A stretch of DNA of 32,000 nt, from contig NZ_CP034549.1 in assembly GCF_003966335.1 (NCBI RefSeq), positions 240,001 to 272,000 on the forward strand, given 5' to 3'. Source of the DNA: Nonlabens ponticola. Lineage in GTDB: Bacteria; Bacteroidota; Bacteroidia; Flavobacteriales; Flavobacteriaceae. Below the pieces are notes generated by a model. The model ran no database searches and was not told where the DNA came from. It saw only the letters and a program-made list of their open reading frames with translations. Below, one piece after another: positions 8,027 through 16,795 of this stretch. Both the position numbers and the translations under genes were made by a program. How positions within the stretch are numbered: the first letter of the stretch is position 1; each line of letters opens with the position of its first letter.

Positions 8027-8040
8027 GCTTTCGCGAAAGC
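8027..8040. repeat. iterated palindrome copy 3, GCTTTCGCGAAAGC (perfect), intergenic
   Basis: Read directly from the sequence. It sits in the divergent intergenic region, 118 nt from the regulator ATG (7908) and 111 nt upstream of the ATG at 8152. Confidence 0.95.
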
Positions 8041-8128
8041 TGACACGTCAAAATGACTGTTGATAAAACGCAATATTATCTTAATATTAAATCGTCCTGC
8101 AAGGCTATTATTCAACGCTTTAAACCAA

Positions 8129-8136
8129 TATATTTG
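8129..8136 (+). promoter_or_regulatory. candidate Bacteroidetes -7 promoter box TATATTTG
   Basis: Matches the TAnnTTTG consensus of Bacteroidetes sigma-A promoters, 15 nt upstream of ATG 8152. No clear -33 TTG was seen. Confidence 0.35.
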
Positions 8137-8151
8137 CACAAAATTCACACA

Positions 8152-9951
8152 ATGAAACAAATTTACTCAATGATTGCCATGTTGCTTTTTACAGCTGTGG
8201 CATTTGCACAACAACCTATTATCACGACCGTCTTGGATGGCGATTGTAGTGGTGGAACGCCTAAAATGATCGAAATCTACGCCAACGGTACGGTAGATTT
8301 TTCTCAGTACACCTTGCAGACTGAAAAAAATACTAACACTGAGTTTGGTGCTGACCTTTCTCTTGCCGATGCTGGAGTGGTAACTGATGGTTTTATCTAT
8401 GTTACAACAACAAACAGTCTTGCCGCTGATGAAGGCGAGACGTCTGCATTTGCATCTGAATTCCCTTCATTGTCTGACGCGATTGTTCTTACAGGCGGTG
8501 CTGCAGATGGTAATGGTGATGACCGTTTTAGAATCATCGACGCACAAATGACCGTAATAGATCAATATGGTGAGAGCGGTGTCAACGGTGATAATGAAAT
8601 TTGGGATTATACTGACTCATATGCTACTCGTATCAACGGTACTGGACCTGATGGTGGATTTAATCCTGGTAACTGGAACTATGCAGGTAGAGCTGCACTT
8701 AATAACTTAGGTGTTTGTCAAGGTCAAGCTGAAACTTTTGAAAGCATCATAGGAACTATAGGCCAATTTTCTACCACTGGTAGCACTGAGCCTAGCCTTT
8801 CTATCCTATCTCCAGCTAATGGCGCTACACTTACTGATGGCGCTCTAGAATCAACGATCTCTGTATCTAACTTTACACTTTCTTCTAGCGCAACTGCTGG
8901 TGATGGTGATGGTTACATCGTTTACCAACTGGACACAGAAGATGCTGTAAACAAATTTGACACAGATCCTATCACCATAAGCGGTATCGCTCCAGGTGAA
9001 CACACGCTAGTTGTGAGACTTGTTGATAATAGCGGTGCAGACGTATCTGAAGCAACAACTCAATCTGTAACTTTTACAGTACCATCACAGCAAGCCATCA
9101 ATAGCATTGCAGACCTGAGAAGCCAAGATGTAGGTGGTGACACTGTCTTTACATTGAATAGTGAGGCGATCGTTACTCGCACAGAAGGTTTTAGAAACCA
9201 GAAGTACATTGAAGACGAGACTGGTGCCATCTTGATTGATGACCCACAAAATGTAATTCCTGACGGTGTATATGAAGAAGGTGATGGTATCACTGGATTG
9301 TCTGGTACGCTAGGTGAATTCCGTGGGTTGCTACAATTTACTCCAACTGAGGATCCAGGTGCGCCATCTTCTAGTGATAATGTAATTACTCCACAAGAAG
9401 TTAGCCTTGCTGAGCTTGCTCAAAATTCTGAAGAATATGAGTCTGAACTCGTTACCATCATTGAAGAGGTAGAGTTTACTGATGCAGATGGTGAACGTAC
9501 TTTTACAAATAATGATAACCTTACAATTTCTGACGGTACAACTAACTTCCTAGTACGCAATTTCTTTGGAGAAGATTTCACTGATGAGGTTGTTCCTGAT
9601 GGATTTGGTTCAATTACAGGTATCGTGAGACAAGACGACAATGTACAAGCTGGTGCCTATGCGATTTCTCCTAGAAACGCAGATGACATCGAGACACTTA
9701 CCTTAAGTAACGGTTCTGTAGAAGCAGGTTTGTTTACTGTCTATCCTAATCCTGCAAATGATGTGTTGAACATTACTGCAGCAAACGGCAACGCGGTAGA
9801 TGTGATTATCTATTCTGCTTTAGGTCAAGAAGTGATCTCGCAAAAAGCAGTTTCTAGCTCTATCAACGTCAATAACTTGAGATCAGGTTTGTATGTAGTT
9901 AAAATTACTCAAGACAATGCTTCACAAACAAGAAAGCTAGTTATCAAGTAA
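8152..9951 (+). CDS. secreted T9SS cargo protein (signal peptide, LTD-like N-domain, Ig-like and OB/DUF5689-like middle, type-A C-terminal sorting domain)
   Basis: The start is placed at MKQIYSMIAMLLFTAVAFAQQ, a signal peptide. The C-terminal ~75 aa (FTVYPNPANDVLNI...LRSGLYVVKITQDNASQTRKLVIK) match the Por/T9SS CTD pattern. The N-terminal IEIYANGTVDFSQYTL resembles lamin-tail-domain proteins. The track start at 8053 adds an unlikely 33-aa leader. Confidence 0.8.
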   Translation: MKQIYSMIAMLLFTAVAFAQQPIITTVLDGDCSGGTPKMIEIYANGTVDFSQYTLQTEKNTNTEFGADLSLADAGVVTDGFIYVTTTNSLAADEGETSAFASEFPSLSDAIVLTGGAADGNGDDRFRIIDAQMTVIDQYGESGVNGDNEIWDYTDSYATRINGTGPDGGFNPGNWNYAGRAALNNLGVCQGQAETFESIIGTIGQFSTTGSTEPSLSILSPANGATLTDGALESTISVSNFTLSSSATAGDGDGYIVYQLDTEDAVNKFDTDPITISGIAPGEHTLVVRLVDNSGADVSEATTQSVTFTVPSQQAINSIADLRSQDVGGDTVFTLNSEAIVTRTEGFRNQKYIEDETGAILIDDPQNVIPDGVYEEGDGITGLSGTLGEFRGLLQFTPTEDPGAPSSSDNVITPQEVSLAELAQNSEEYESELVTIIEEVEFTDADGERTFTNNDNLTISDGTTNFLVRNFFGEDFTDEVVPDGFGSITGIVRQDDNVQAGAYAISPRNADDIETLTLSNGSVEAGLFTVYPNPANDVLNITAANGNAVDVIIYSALGQEVISQKAVSSSINVNNLRSGLYVVKITQDNASQTRKLVIK

Positions 9952-9977
9952 TAAGACATACTTTATACTTTACTAGA

Positions 9978-10010
9978 AGCGTCGCAGGAAACTGCGGCGC
10001 TTTTTATTTT
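9978..10010 (+). terminator. rho-independent terminator after the T9SS cargo gene
   Basis: AGCGTCGCAG-GAAA-CTGCGGCGCT forms a 10-bp stem (one G-U pair) with a GAAA loop, followed by TTTTTATTTT. Confidence 0.7.
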
Positions 10011-10017
10011 ACTTTTG
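10010..10017 (+). promoter_or_regulatory. candidate -7 promoter box TACTTTTG
   Basis: Matches TAnnTTTG, 16 nt upstream of the TTG start at 10034. It overlaps the T-tract of the preceding terminator. Confidence 0.35.
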
Positions 10018-10033
10018 CTGTAAATATTTCTAT

Positions 10034-11008
10034 TTGGATTTTCCTGTATTTGATATCGAATCGACTGCTGCTTTTGAAGCAATGGCGCTGGAGGTATTTA
10101 GATTTCAATTCCAGAATAATCAAGTTTATTCTAGGTATTGCTCTCTATTAGGCAAAGAGCTGGTAGATAGAATTGAAGACATACCTTATTTACCCATTTC
10201 TTTTTTCAAAACGCATCAAATACTCTCTAAGCCTAGTAATAACAAAGATGTGATTTTTACCAGCAGCGGCACCACAGAAAGTGTTGTATCAAAGCATCGA
10301 GTAACTGATCCATTGATTTATGAAAACAGCCTGGATCATAGCTTCAAATTTCAATATGGCAATTATGAAGATTATGTAATTCTTGCTTTATTACCTCATT
10401 ATCTGGAGCGTAAAGGATCTTCGCTTGTTTACATGGTGCAACGATGGATTGAAAAATCTAACGATGAACGCAGTGGTTTTTACCTTCATAACATAAGTGA
10501 GCTAGCACAAATTCTCAAATCATTACAACAGGACGATAAAAAAGTGATTTTGATAGGTGTCACTTTTGCCTTATTACAACTAGCAGAACAATTCCCAATG
10601 TCATTACCCAGTACGACCATTATTGAAACTGGCGGTATGAAGGGCATGCGCAAGGAAATTATCAAGCCAGAATTACATCGTATTTTAAAATCAGCTTTTA
10701 ACCAGGTAGAAATCCACAGCGAGTACGGCATGACAGAGCTTTTATCTCAAGCTTATGCAAATGATGGACTGCATTTTGAAACGCCTGAATGGATGCATGT
10801 TAGCGCAAGAGATACTAATGACCCATTAAGTACGGTACCAAATGGCAAAACTGGCGGACTCAATATTATCGATCTTGCCAATTATAATTCGTGCTCATTC
10901 ATTGCCACGCAGGATCTAGGCAAAGTTTATGAAAATGGTTCTTTTGAAGTTTTGGGTAGGTTTGACCACAGCGATATCAGAGGTTGTAATCTTATGGCGA
11001 TCAATTAG
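10034..11008 (+). CDS. LuxE-like acyl-protein synthetase / adenylate-forming enzyme
   Basis: 324-aa ORF with adenylation-type motifs FTSSGTTES, IETGGMKG and EYGMTEL. Size and N-terminus resemble the LuxE family as annotated in Flavobacteria. The start is TTG; the next Met is residue 16. Confidence 0.6.
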   Translation: MDFPVFDIESTAAFEAMALEVFRFQFQNNQVYSRYCSLLGKELVDRIEDIPYLPISFFKTHQILSKPSNNKDVIFTSSGTTESVVSKHRVTDPLIYENSLDHSFKFQYGNYEDYVILALLPHYLERKGSSLVYMVQRWIEKSNDERSGFYLHNISELAQILKSLQQDDKKVILIGVTFALLQLAEQFPMSLPSTTIIETGGMKGMRKEIIKPELHRILKSAFNQVEIHSEYGMTELLSQAYANDGLHFETPEWMHVSARDTNDPLSTVPNGKTGGLNIIDLANYNSCSFIATQDLGKVYENGSFEVLGRFDHSDIRGCNLMAIN

Positions 11009-11181
11009 AAACGGCTCGTGCTCTTGTAAACGATAAAAGTAAAAACAAACATAATGACCACACCCAATATAGCGGCATAAAACTGCCACTTACCTGTCTC
11101 CATATAGGCCAGTGTCAAACCACTAACGACTAGCATGAGCGTGACAACAGTACGAGATAGGTATTTATTGGACTTCCTCAT
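11005..11181 (-). CDS. small two-TM membrane protein (58 aa), translationally coupled to tyrS
   Basis: My own translation gives [58 protein letters not shown]. Its ATG (11181..11179) overlaps the tyrS stop as TAATG. It falls below the size cutoff of the ORF track. Confidence 0.4.
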   Translation of the reverse strand: MRKSNKYLSRTVVTLMLVVSGLTLAYMETGKWQFYAAILGVVIMFVFTFIVYKSTSRF

Positions 11182-12479
11182 TAATTTACCAAGACTAGAA
11201 AATAATTCTTTTTACCGCGCTGCAATAGTATCATACTATCTGCAATGATATCGCTGGTATTCACAACCTTATCTTCACTAAATTTCTCCTTGTTGATGGC
11301 GAGGCTATTTTCTTTTAATGCGCGTCGTGCCTCACTGTTAGACTTCAAGAATCCTGTGGTATCAGTTAAAAAGGATACGATCTCTATTCCGTTTTCAACA
11401 TCGTATCTTGAAATAGTGGTTTGCGGCACACCCTCAAAAATTTCTAACAAGGTATCTTGATCAAACTTGCTCCATTGCTCTGGAGTCACTTTCTTACTGA
11501 AGAGGATTTTACTAGCCTCAACAGCCGTTTCATAAGCATCTTGACCGTGAACCATGACGGTAACTTCTTCTGCCAGTCGTTTTTGTAACACCCTAAATCC
11601 TGGATCTTTTGCGTGCTCTTCTATGAGATCGTTACAGGTTTGCTCATCAAGAAAGGTGAATATTTTGATCCAGTTAATAGCGTCCTCGTCTGTTGCCGTA
11701 ATCCAGAATTGATAGAATTTGTAAACACTAGTTTTATCTGCATCAAGCCAGATGTTACCAGATTCCGTTTTACCAAATTTGGTTCCGTCTGCTTTGGTAA
11801 CAAGTGGTGTAGTCAAAGCATACGCCTTACCACCAGCCTTGCGGCGCACCAGCTCAGTTCCTGTAGTAATATTTCCCCATTGATCGCTTCCACCTATCTG
11901 CAATTTACAATTCATGTTCTCGTACAAATACAGGAAATCATAGCCTTGAAACAGCTGGTAAGTAAACTCAGTAAAACTCATACCGTCGCCATCGCCAGAC
12001 ACGCGTTTCTTAACACTGTCCTTTGCCATCATGTAATTTACCGTGATATGTTTACCTATGTCTCTAGCAAAATCTATCAAGCTAAAGTCCTTCATCCAGT
12101 CATAGTTGTTGACCAGCAGAGCGCGTGTTTCTGGCTCACCACCTTCAAAATCAATAAATCTCGATATGACAGACCGGACGCCTGCTATGTTTTTATCAAG
12201 GATTTCCTGCGTGAGTAAATTACGCTCTGCACTTTTACCTGATGGATCACCTATCATTCCTGTAGCTCCACCAACTAGTGCGATAGGCCTGTGACCTGCA
12301 CGCTGCAGGTGCATCAACAAAATGATTTGCACGAGGCTACCTATATGTAAGGAGTCTGCCGTTGGGTCAAAGCCTATATAACCACTCACCACTTCATCCT
12401 CTAACAATTTATCAGTATCGGGCATGATATCGTGAATCATACCGCGCCATTGTAGCTCATTTACAAAATTATAGGCCAT
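11181..12479 (-). CDS. tyrS: tyrosine--tRNA ligase
   Basis: 432-aa ORF with a class I HIGH-type motif (DSLHIGSL), a KMSKS variant (KFGKTES), and a C-terminal S4-like RNA-binding domain. Confidence 0.95.
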   Translation of the reverse strand: MAYNFVNELQWRGMIHDIMPDTDKLLEDEVVSGYIGFDPTADSLHIGSLVQIILLMHLQRAGHRPIALVGGATGMIGDPSGKSAERNLLTQEILDKNIAGVRSVISRFIDFEGGEPETRALLVNNYDWMKDFSLIDFARDIGKHITVNYMMAKDSVKKRVSGDGDGMSFTEFTYQLFQGYDFLYLYENMNCKLQIGGSDQWGNITTGTELVRRKAGGKAYALTTPLVTKADGTKFGKTESGNIWLDADKTSVYKFYQFWITATDEDAINWIKIFTFLDEQTCNDLIEEHAKDPGFRVLQKRLAEEVTVMVHGQDAYETAVEASKILFSKKVTPEQWSKFDQDTLLEIFEGVPQTTISRYDVENGIEIVSFLTDTTGFLKSNSEARRALKENSLAINKEKFSEDKVVNTSDIIADSMILLQRGKKNYFLVLVN

Positions 12480-12497
12480 CTTATCAATTTAAAGGCG

Positions 12498-12505
12498 CAA
12501 AGATA
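12498..12505 (-). promoter_or_regulatory. candidate -7 promoter box TATCTTTG for tyrS
   Basis: The reverse complement of CAAAGATA matches TAnnTTTG, 18 nt upstream of the tyrS ATG. Confidence 0.35.
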
Positions 12506-12560
12506 TAGGCTTTAGCCGTCTTACCCATTCTTGTCGTCCACGTTTGTGTATTTTTACTGC

Positions 12561-13562
12561 ATGATTCTAGTCACAGGAGCCACTGGTATGGTAGGCGGCC
12601 ATTTATTGTACCGCTTTCGCGAAAGCGCAACCCAAATCAAAGCGATCTACAGGAATCCAGCATCTATAGATAAAACACGCACCATCTTTAATTCTTATCG
12701 CAAGGGTGATGCAGCGCTGGTTGATAATTTTAAGTGGGTTCCTGGCGATTTACTGGACTTGCCTAGCCTGGAAGATGCGATGGAAGGTATTGATCAAGTT
12801 TATCATTGTGCGGCTATATTGGGCGATGCTAGTTTTGACAAGATGAAACAGGTAAACGTGACTGGCACAAAGTATCTTGTGGATATCGCGATTGCTCGTG
12901 GCATCTCTAAATTTTGCTATGTAAGTAGCATTGCTACTCTTGCTAATCCTGTTGCAGGTAAGTCCATTACCGAAGATGATTTTTTCAATCCAGATGCACT
13001 TAATACAGATTATGCTATATCAAAGTATGGCGGTGAGATGGAAGTATGGCGTGCCTCTCAAGAAGATCTTGATGTGGTAATCGTCAATCCTGGAGTGATA
13101 TTAGGAGAAGGTGATTATAACAATGGTAGTGGCAAATTATGGAGCGCAAGTGCAGCGACACAGCCTTTTTACACGAGTGGCAGCAGTGGTTTTGTAGATG
13201 TGAGAGATGTTGCGGAGATTATGCAGCTATTGATGAATAGCGATATTAAAAATGAACGATTCACGCTGGTGGCAGATAATGTTGAATTCAAGAAAATACT
13301 AGAAAACATATCCATCGCCATCCATAGTAAAAAGCCATCCATCTTACTTACCAAATGGATGTTGTACACAGCTTGGATTCTAGGTAAGATTCCTAGCTGG
13401 TTAGGGATCATGAAAGGCCTTTCTAGAGCTGAAATAATAACCTACACATCCAACTCTAAGTACGATAATGAAAAGGTAGAAGAACAGCTATCCTATAAGT
13501 TTACTGCTTTAAAAAATAGTATTGAACGAGTTTCAAGTCATTTTCTTGAGAACAAAGAGTAA
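12561..13562 (+). CDS. NAD-dependent epimerase/dehydratase (extended SDR)
   Basis: The start is placed at MILVTGATGMVGGHL (Rossmann GxxGxxG). The catalytic YxxxK is present as YAISK. The track start (TTG 12531) adds 10 unlikely residues. Confidence 0.8.
   Translation: MILVTGATGMVGGHLLYRFRESATQIKAIYRNPASIDKTRTIFNSYRKGDAALVDNFKWVPGDLLDLPSLEDAMEGIDQVYHCAAILGDASFDKMKQVNVTGTKYLVDIAIARGISKFCYVSSIATLANPVAGKSITEDDFFNPDALNTDYAISKYGGEMEVWRASQEDLDVVIVNPGVILGEGDYNNGSGKLWSASAATQPFYTSGSSGFVDVRDVAEIMQLLMNSDIKNERFTLVADNVEFKKILENISIAIHSKKPSILLTKWMLYTAWILGKIPSWLGIMKGLSRAEIITYTSNSKYDNEKVEEQLSYKFTALKNSIERVSSHFLENKE
12613..12626. repeat. iterated palindrome copy 4, GCTTTCGCGAAAGC (perfect), inside the epimerase gene
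   Basis: Read directly from the sequence. In the gene frame it is read CGC TTT CGC GAA AGC = RFRES. Confidence 0.95.
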
Positions 13563-13565
13563 TTA

Positions 13566-13976
13566 TTACTGATTGTCTGGATCTTTGATTATCTCGGTAG
13601 GTTCCGCAGGTGTAGTGATTCTTTTATTAACTCGTTGCTGTCTGGCCTCAACGCTGTCCTTAACCACTTCTAGGTTTTGCTCTACTATTTCAAGAACCTG
13701 TTGATATTCTTCAACGCGATCAGCATAGTATAAAAAATTCTCTCTGTAGGTAACACTATCTGTATTGTATTTATCATAGATATAATCAGTAGGCAGCGTT
13801 TTGAGCTTTGTGAAAGCAGATCGATTGTTGCTCATAGATCCGTCTATCAAATAAAGATCAGTAAGAATATCTGCCATTTTTTGATCACCGTAAAAATCAT
13901 CTGGCTTTTCAGCAGTTTGGATATCGGTACAGCTTGTGGTTAAAAAAATAAATAGAATTACTACAAGGTTTCTCAT
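13566..13976 (-). CDS. DUF4296-like lipoprotein
   Basis: 136-aa ORF with a lipoprotein signal (LTTSC). The motif KMADILTDLYLIDG is typical of the small DUF4296 proteins that follow dihydroorotase in Flavobacteria. It has an ATGA overlap with the upstream gene. Confidence 0.55.
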   Translation of the reverse strand: MRNLVVILFIFLTTSCTDIQTAEKPDDFYGDQKMADILTDLYLIDGSMSNNRSAFTKLKTLPTDYIYDKYNTDSVTYRENFLYYADRVEEYQQVLEIVEQNLEVVKDSVEARQQRVNKRITTPAEPTEIIKDPDNQ

Positions 13977-15313
13977 CGATCAAAAGTTATAGCTTGAGCA
14001 AACTTATTCTCATTGACTTTAAAATTCTTATAAGCAACATTACCATTAAGTATGGTATGCGTGATCCTGCTTTTAAATGTGACACCTTCAAACGGTGACC
14101 AGCCACATTTTGCGATGACATTGTCGCGAGTGACTGTCCATGGGTTATTAGTATCAACAACTACAAGATCTGCCTTGTAACCTTCTTTAATAAAGCCACG
14201 TTTTTCTACATCAAATAGAATGGCTGGATTGTGACACATCTTTTGCACAACCTTCTCTATACTTATTTTATCCTGATGTACAAACTCTAACATTGCTGGT
14301 AAAGCATGTTGTACAAGCGGACCACCACTGGGACAACTCAAATAACTATTTGATTTTTCTTGTAAGGTGTGTGGTGCATGGTCAGTAGCGATAACATCAA
14401 TACGATCATCCAGCAAGGCTTCCCACAACTTTTCTCTATCTGCAGCACTTTTTACCGCTGGATTCCATTTGATATGAGAACCCTTGCGCTTGTAATCTTC
14501 ATCGCAAAACCACAAGTGGTGTATGCAAACCTCAGAAGTAATTTGTTTTTTACGTAGGTCCTTGTTGTTGCTAAATAATGCAGTCTCCTTACCAGTAGAT
14601 AAGTGAAATACGTGAATACGCGCACCTGTTTTTTTAGCTAACTCAACCGCTTTTGAGCTAGACAAATAACAAGCTTCAACATTTCTAATTACTGGATGTT
14701 GATCCATAGGGATTTCCTCGCCATACTCATCGATGGCAGCTTGTAGGTTTTTTTTGATGGTATCCTCGTCCTCGCAGTGTAAAGCGATGCGCAGTTTTAC
14801 CTTAGAAAAAATACGTTCTAAAACTTCAAGATCATCGACCAGCATATTACCTGTTGAAGAACCTAGAAATAGCTTGAGGGCAGGAATTTGAGAAGTATCC
14901 GCATTTAATATTTCTTCAAGGTTGTCATTAGTACCACCTAACATAAAACCATAGTTGGCATAACTATCGCTTGCCGCGATATCCATCTTATTTTTCCATT
15001 CCTTGTAGTTGGTAGTTTGCGGTTTTGTATTGGGCATTTCAAAATAACTTGTAATACCACCAGCGATAGCTGCCGCACTCTCGCTACCTATAGTGCCCTT
15101 ATGAATCAAGCCCGGTTCTCTAAAGTGTACTTGATCGTCGATAATACCTGGAAGAACGTGTTTGCCCTCAACATCAATGATGGTAGTGTCGCTACTCTTA
15201 GCGCTAATACTATCAGCAATCTCGACAATCGTATCATCTTCTACATAAATATCACCTTGAACAGTCTTGAGTTCGTTGACAATACGAGCATTTTTAATAA
15301 GCAATCTCTTCAT
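13973..15313 (-). CDS. pyrC: dihydroorotase (amidohydrolase superfamily)
   Basis: 446-aa ORF. Metal-ligand contexts are present at ALKLF (Lys), ALHCED, HVFHLS and ATDHAPH. The first motif reads DDQVHFREPG, i.e. QVH instead of the usual HxH. Confidence 0.85.
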   Translation of the reverse strand: MKRLLIKNARIVNELKTVQGDIYVEDDTIVEIADSISAKSSDTTIIDVEGKHVLPGIIDDQVHFREPGLIHKGTIGSESAAAIAGGITSYFEMPNTKPQTTNYKEWKNKMDIAASDSYANYGFMLGGTNDNLEEILNADTSQIPALKLFLGSSTGNMLVDDLEVLERIFSKVKLRIALHCEDEDTIKKNLQAAIDEYGEEIPMDQHPVIRNVEACYLSSSKAVELAKKTGARIHVFHLSTGKETALFSNNKDLRKKQITSEVCIHHLWFCDEDYKRKGSHIKWNPAVKSAADREKLWEALLDDRIDVIATDHAPHTLQEKSNSYLSCPSGGPLVQHALPAMLEFVHQDKISIEKVVQKMCHNPAILFDVEKRGFIKEGYKADLVVVDTNNPWTVTRDNVIAKCGWSPFEGVTFKSRITHTILNGNVAYKNFKVNENKFAQAITFDR

Positions 15314-16041
15314 ATCTCTAATTTGCCCAGCAAGCTTTTAAATTTCATTCTTAAAATCCCGGTCACTGCTTCATGAATAATGCCAGTACTCATTTTTGAA
15401 ACGCCTCTAGATCTATCAGTAAAAATTACCGGCACCTCAACAATCTTTGCCTCAAGCAAATAAGACTTGAATTTCATCTCGATCTGGAACGCGTAACCTA
15501 CAAATTTAATTTTGTCCAGATCAAAACGTTTCAATAAACTCGCCCGATAGCATTTAAATCCAGCCGTTGTGTCATGTATCTCCATTCTCGTGATGAGACG
15601 TACATATTTTGACGCCACATAGGACAAAAGAACGCGCGACATCGGCCAATTAACAACGTTTACACCTTGCACATAACGGCTACCTATTGATAAATCAGCA
15701 CCCAAATCATGGCATGCCTCGTGAAGCAATTCTAGATCTGCAGGGTCGTGAGAGAAATCTGCATCCATCTCAAATATATATTCATACGATCGCTGCAGCG
15801 CCCACTTAAACCCATGAATGTATGCGGTACCCAAGCCATCCTTTTTGGCCCTTTTTTCTAGGTGCAATCTAGCTTCATAATCGACTTGAAGCCCTTCAAC
15901 AATTTGAGCAGTACCATCAGGAGAATTATCATCTACAATAAGTACGTGTGCCTCAAGATAGGTGTCTAGCACAGCACGTACAATGAGCTCGACATTCTCG
16001 CGCTCATTATAGGTAGGTATGATAACTAGAGTATCCTTCAT
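15310..16041 (-). CDS. GT2 polyprenol-phosphate mannosyltransferase (Dpm1-like)
   Basis: IIPTYNERENV and VDDNSPDGT motifs. The start is placed at ATG 16041 (MKDTLVII); the track TTG at 16053 would overlap the candidate -7 box. Confidence 0.85.
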   Translation of the reverse strand: MKDTLVIIPTYNERENVELIVRAVLDTYLEAHVLIVDDNSPDGTAQIVEGLQVDYEARLHLEKRAKKDGLGTAYIHGFKWALQRSYEYIFEMDADFSHDPADLELLHEACHDLGADLSIGSRYVQGVNVVNWPMSRVLLSYVASKYVRLITRMEIHDTTAGFKCYRASLLKRFDLDKIKFVGYAFQIEMKFKSYLLEAKIVEVPVIFTDRSRGVSKMSTGIIHEAVTGILRMKFKSLLGKLEI

Positions 16042-16050
16042 AGCAGGCGA

Positions 16051-16058
16051 CAAAAGTA
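16051..16058 (-). promoter_or_regulatory. candidate -7 promoter box TACTTTTG for the GT2-pyrC-DUF4296 operon
   Basis: The reverse complement of CAAAAGTA matches TAnnTTTG, only 9 nt upstream of ATG 16041. This implies a very short leader. Confidence 0.3.
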
Positions 16059-16076
16059 AGTAATTATACTAGCTAC

Positions 16077-16769
16077 ATGCATCAAGTCATGAGCATACCT
16101 CTTAATTTTACCACCATGGAAACCTTGAGTCGTTATGCCTTAAATCTTGATTGGGTTGCAGTAGTATTGATGCTATGCCTAACTGCTTTAGGCGTTGTGA
16201 GACAAGTGAGCAATATTGCCTTGTCCGACTTTTTAGGCGTTTACACCAGCAGTAAATTTATCAAGATTACTAGCGACGATCGTATGGACAATTACAAATT
16301 GTTGCTGTTTACGGGACTCATTACCTACCCTATTTTGATCTCACTTGTTCTATATAAACTTCATGTTGATTTTTATGGTGGTGATTCAGGCATTCTTACT
16401 TATGGTATCATTCTCACCGTGGTAAGTGCGTTTTTACTATTCAAGCACTATTTAGGTAGGTTGATAGGTACGGTTGCAAATTTTGAATTTCTACTCGATC
16501 AGGCAGACCATAGTCGCAATATTTATAGAGTAGCGCTTTGTTTTCTACTCATTCTTCTCAACCTCTTTATTTATTATGTATTCCCAACGTATGAGCAAGT
16601 TGTTTTAATCGCTTGCACCACCGTACTATTTGTATTCTTATTATACCATTTTATCATTATAGGCTCACTGTTGAAATCGATAGGCGGCTCTATTCTCTAT
16701 TTTATTTTATATCTTTGCACGCTCGAAATCGCACCGTATCTGCTTTTGTACAAGTATTTTACGAGCTGA
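16077..16769 (+). CDS. multi-pass membrane protein (DUF4271-like)
   Basis: 230-aa ORF with about 6 hydrophobic helices. Its position directly upstream of hemD matches the DUF4271 genes I recall in Flavobacteria. The start is uncertain; Met14 at 16116 is an alternative. Confidence 0.5.
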   Translation: MHQVMSIPLNFTTMETLSRYALNLDWVAVVLMLCLTALGVVRQVSNIALSDFLGVYTSSKFIKITSDDRMDNYKLLLFTGLITYPILISLVLYKLHVDFYGGDSGILTYGIILTVVSAFLLFKHYLGRLIGTVANFEFLLDQADHSRNIYRVALCFLLILLNLFIYYVFPTYEQVVLIACTTVLFVFLLYHFIIIGSLLKSIGGSILYFILYLCTLEIAPYLLLYKYFTS

Positions 16770-16795
16770 TGCAGCGCCAATAAAGAAATGCATTT

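Noticed and set aside
8053-8151. 33-aa N-terminal extension of the T9SS cargo ORF in the track (MTVDKTQYYLNIKSS...). Similar TTG-initiated extensions occur at 12531-12560, 16042-16053 and 24875-24904.
   Set aside because: A canonical signal peptide, Rossmann motif or GT2 N-terminus begins at the downstream ATG. Candidate -7 promoter boxes lie within or right next to the extensions.
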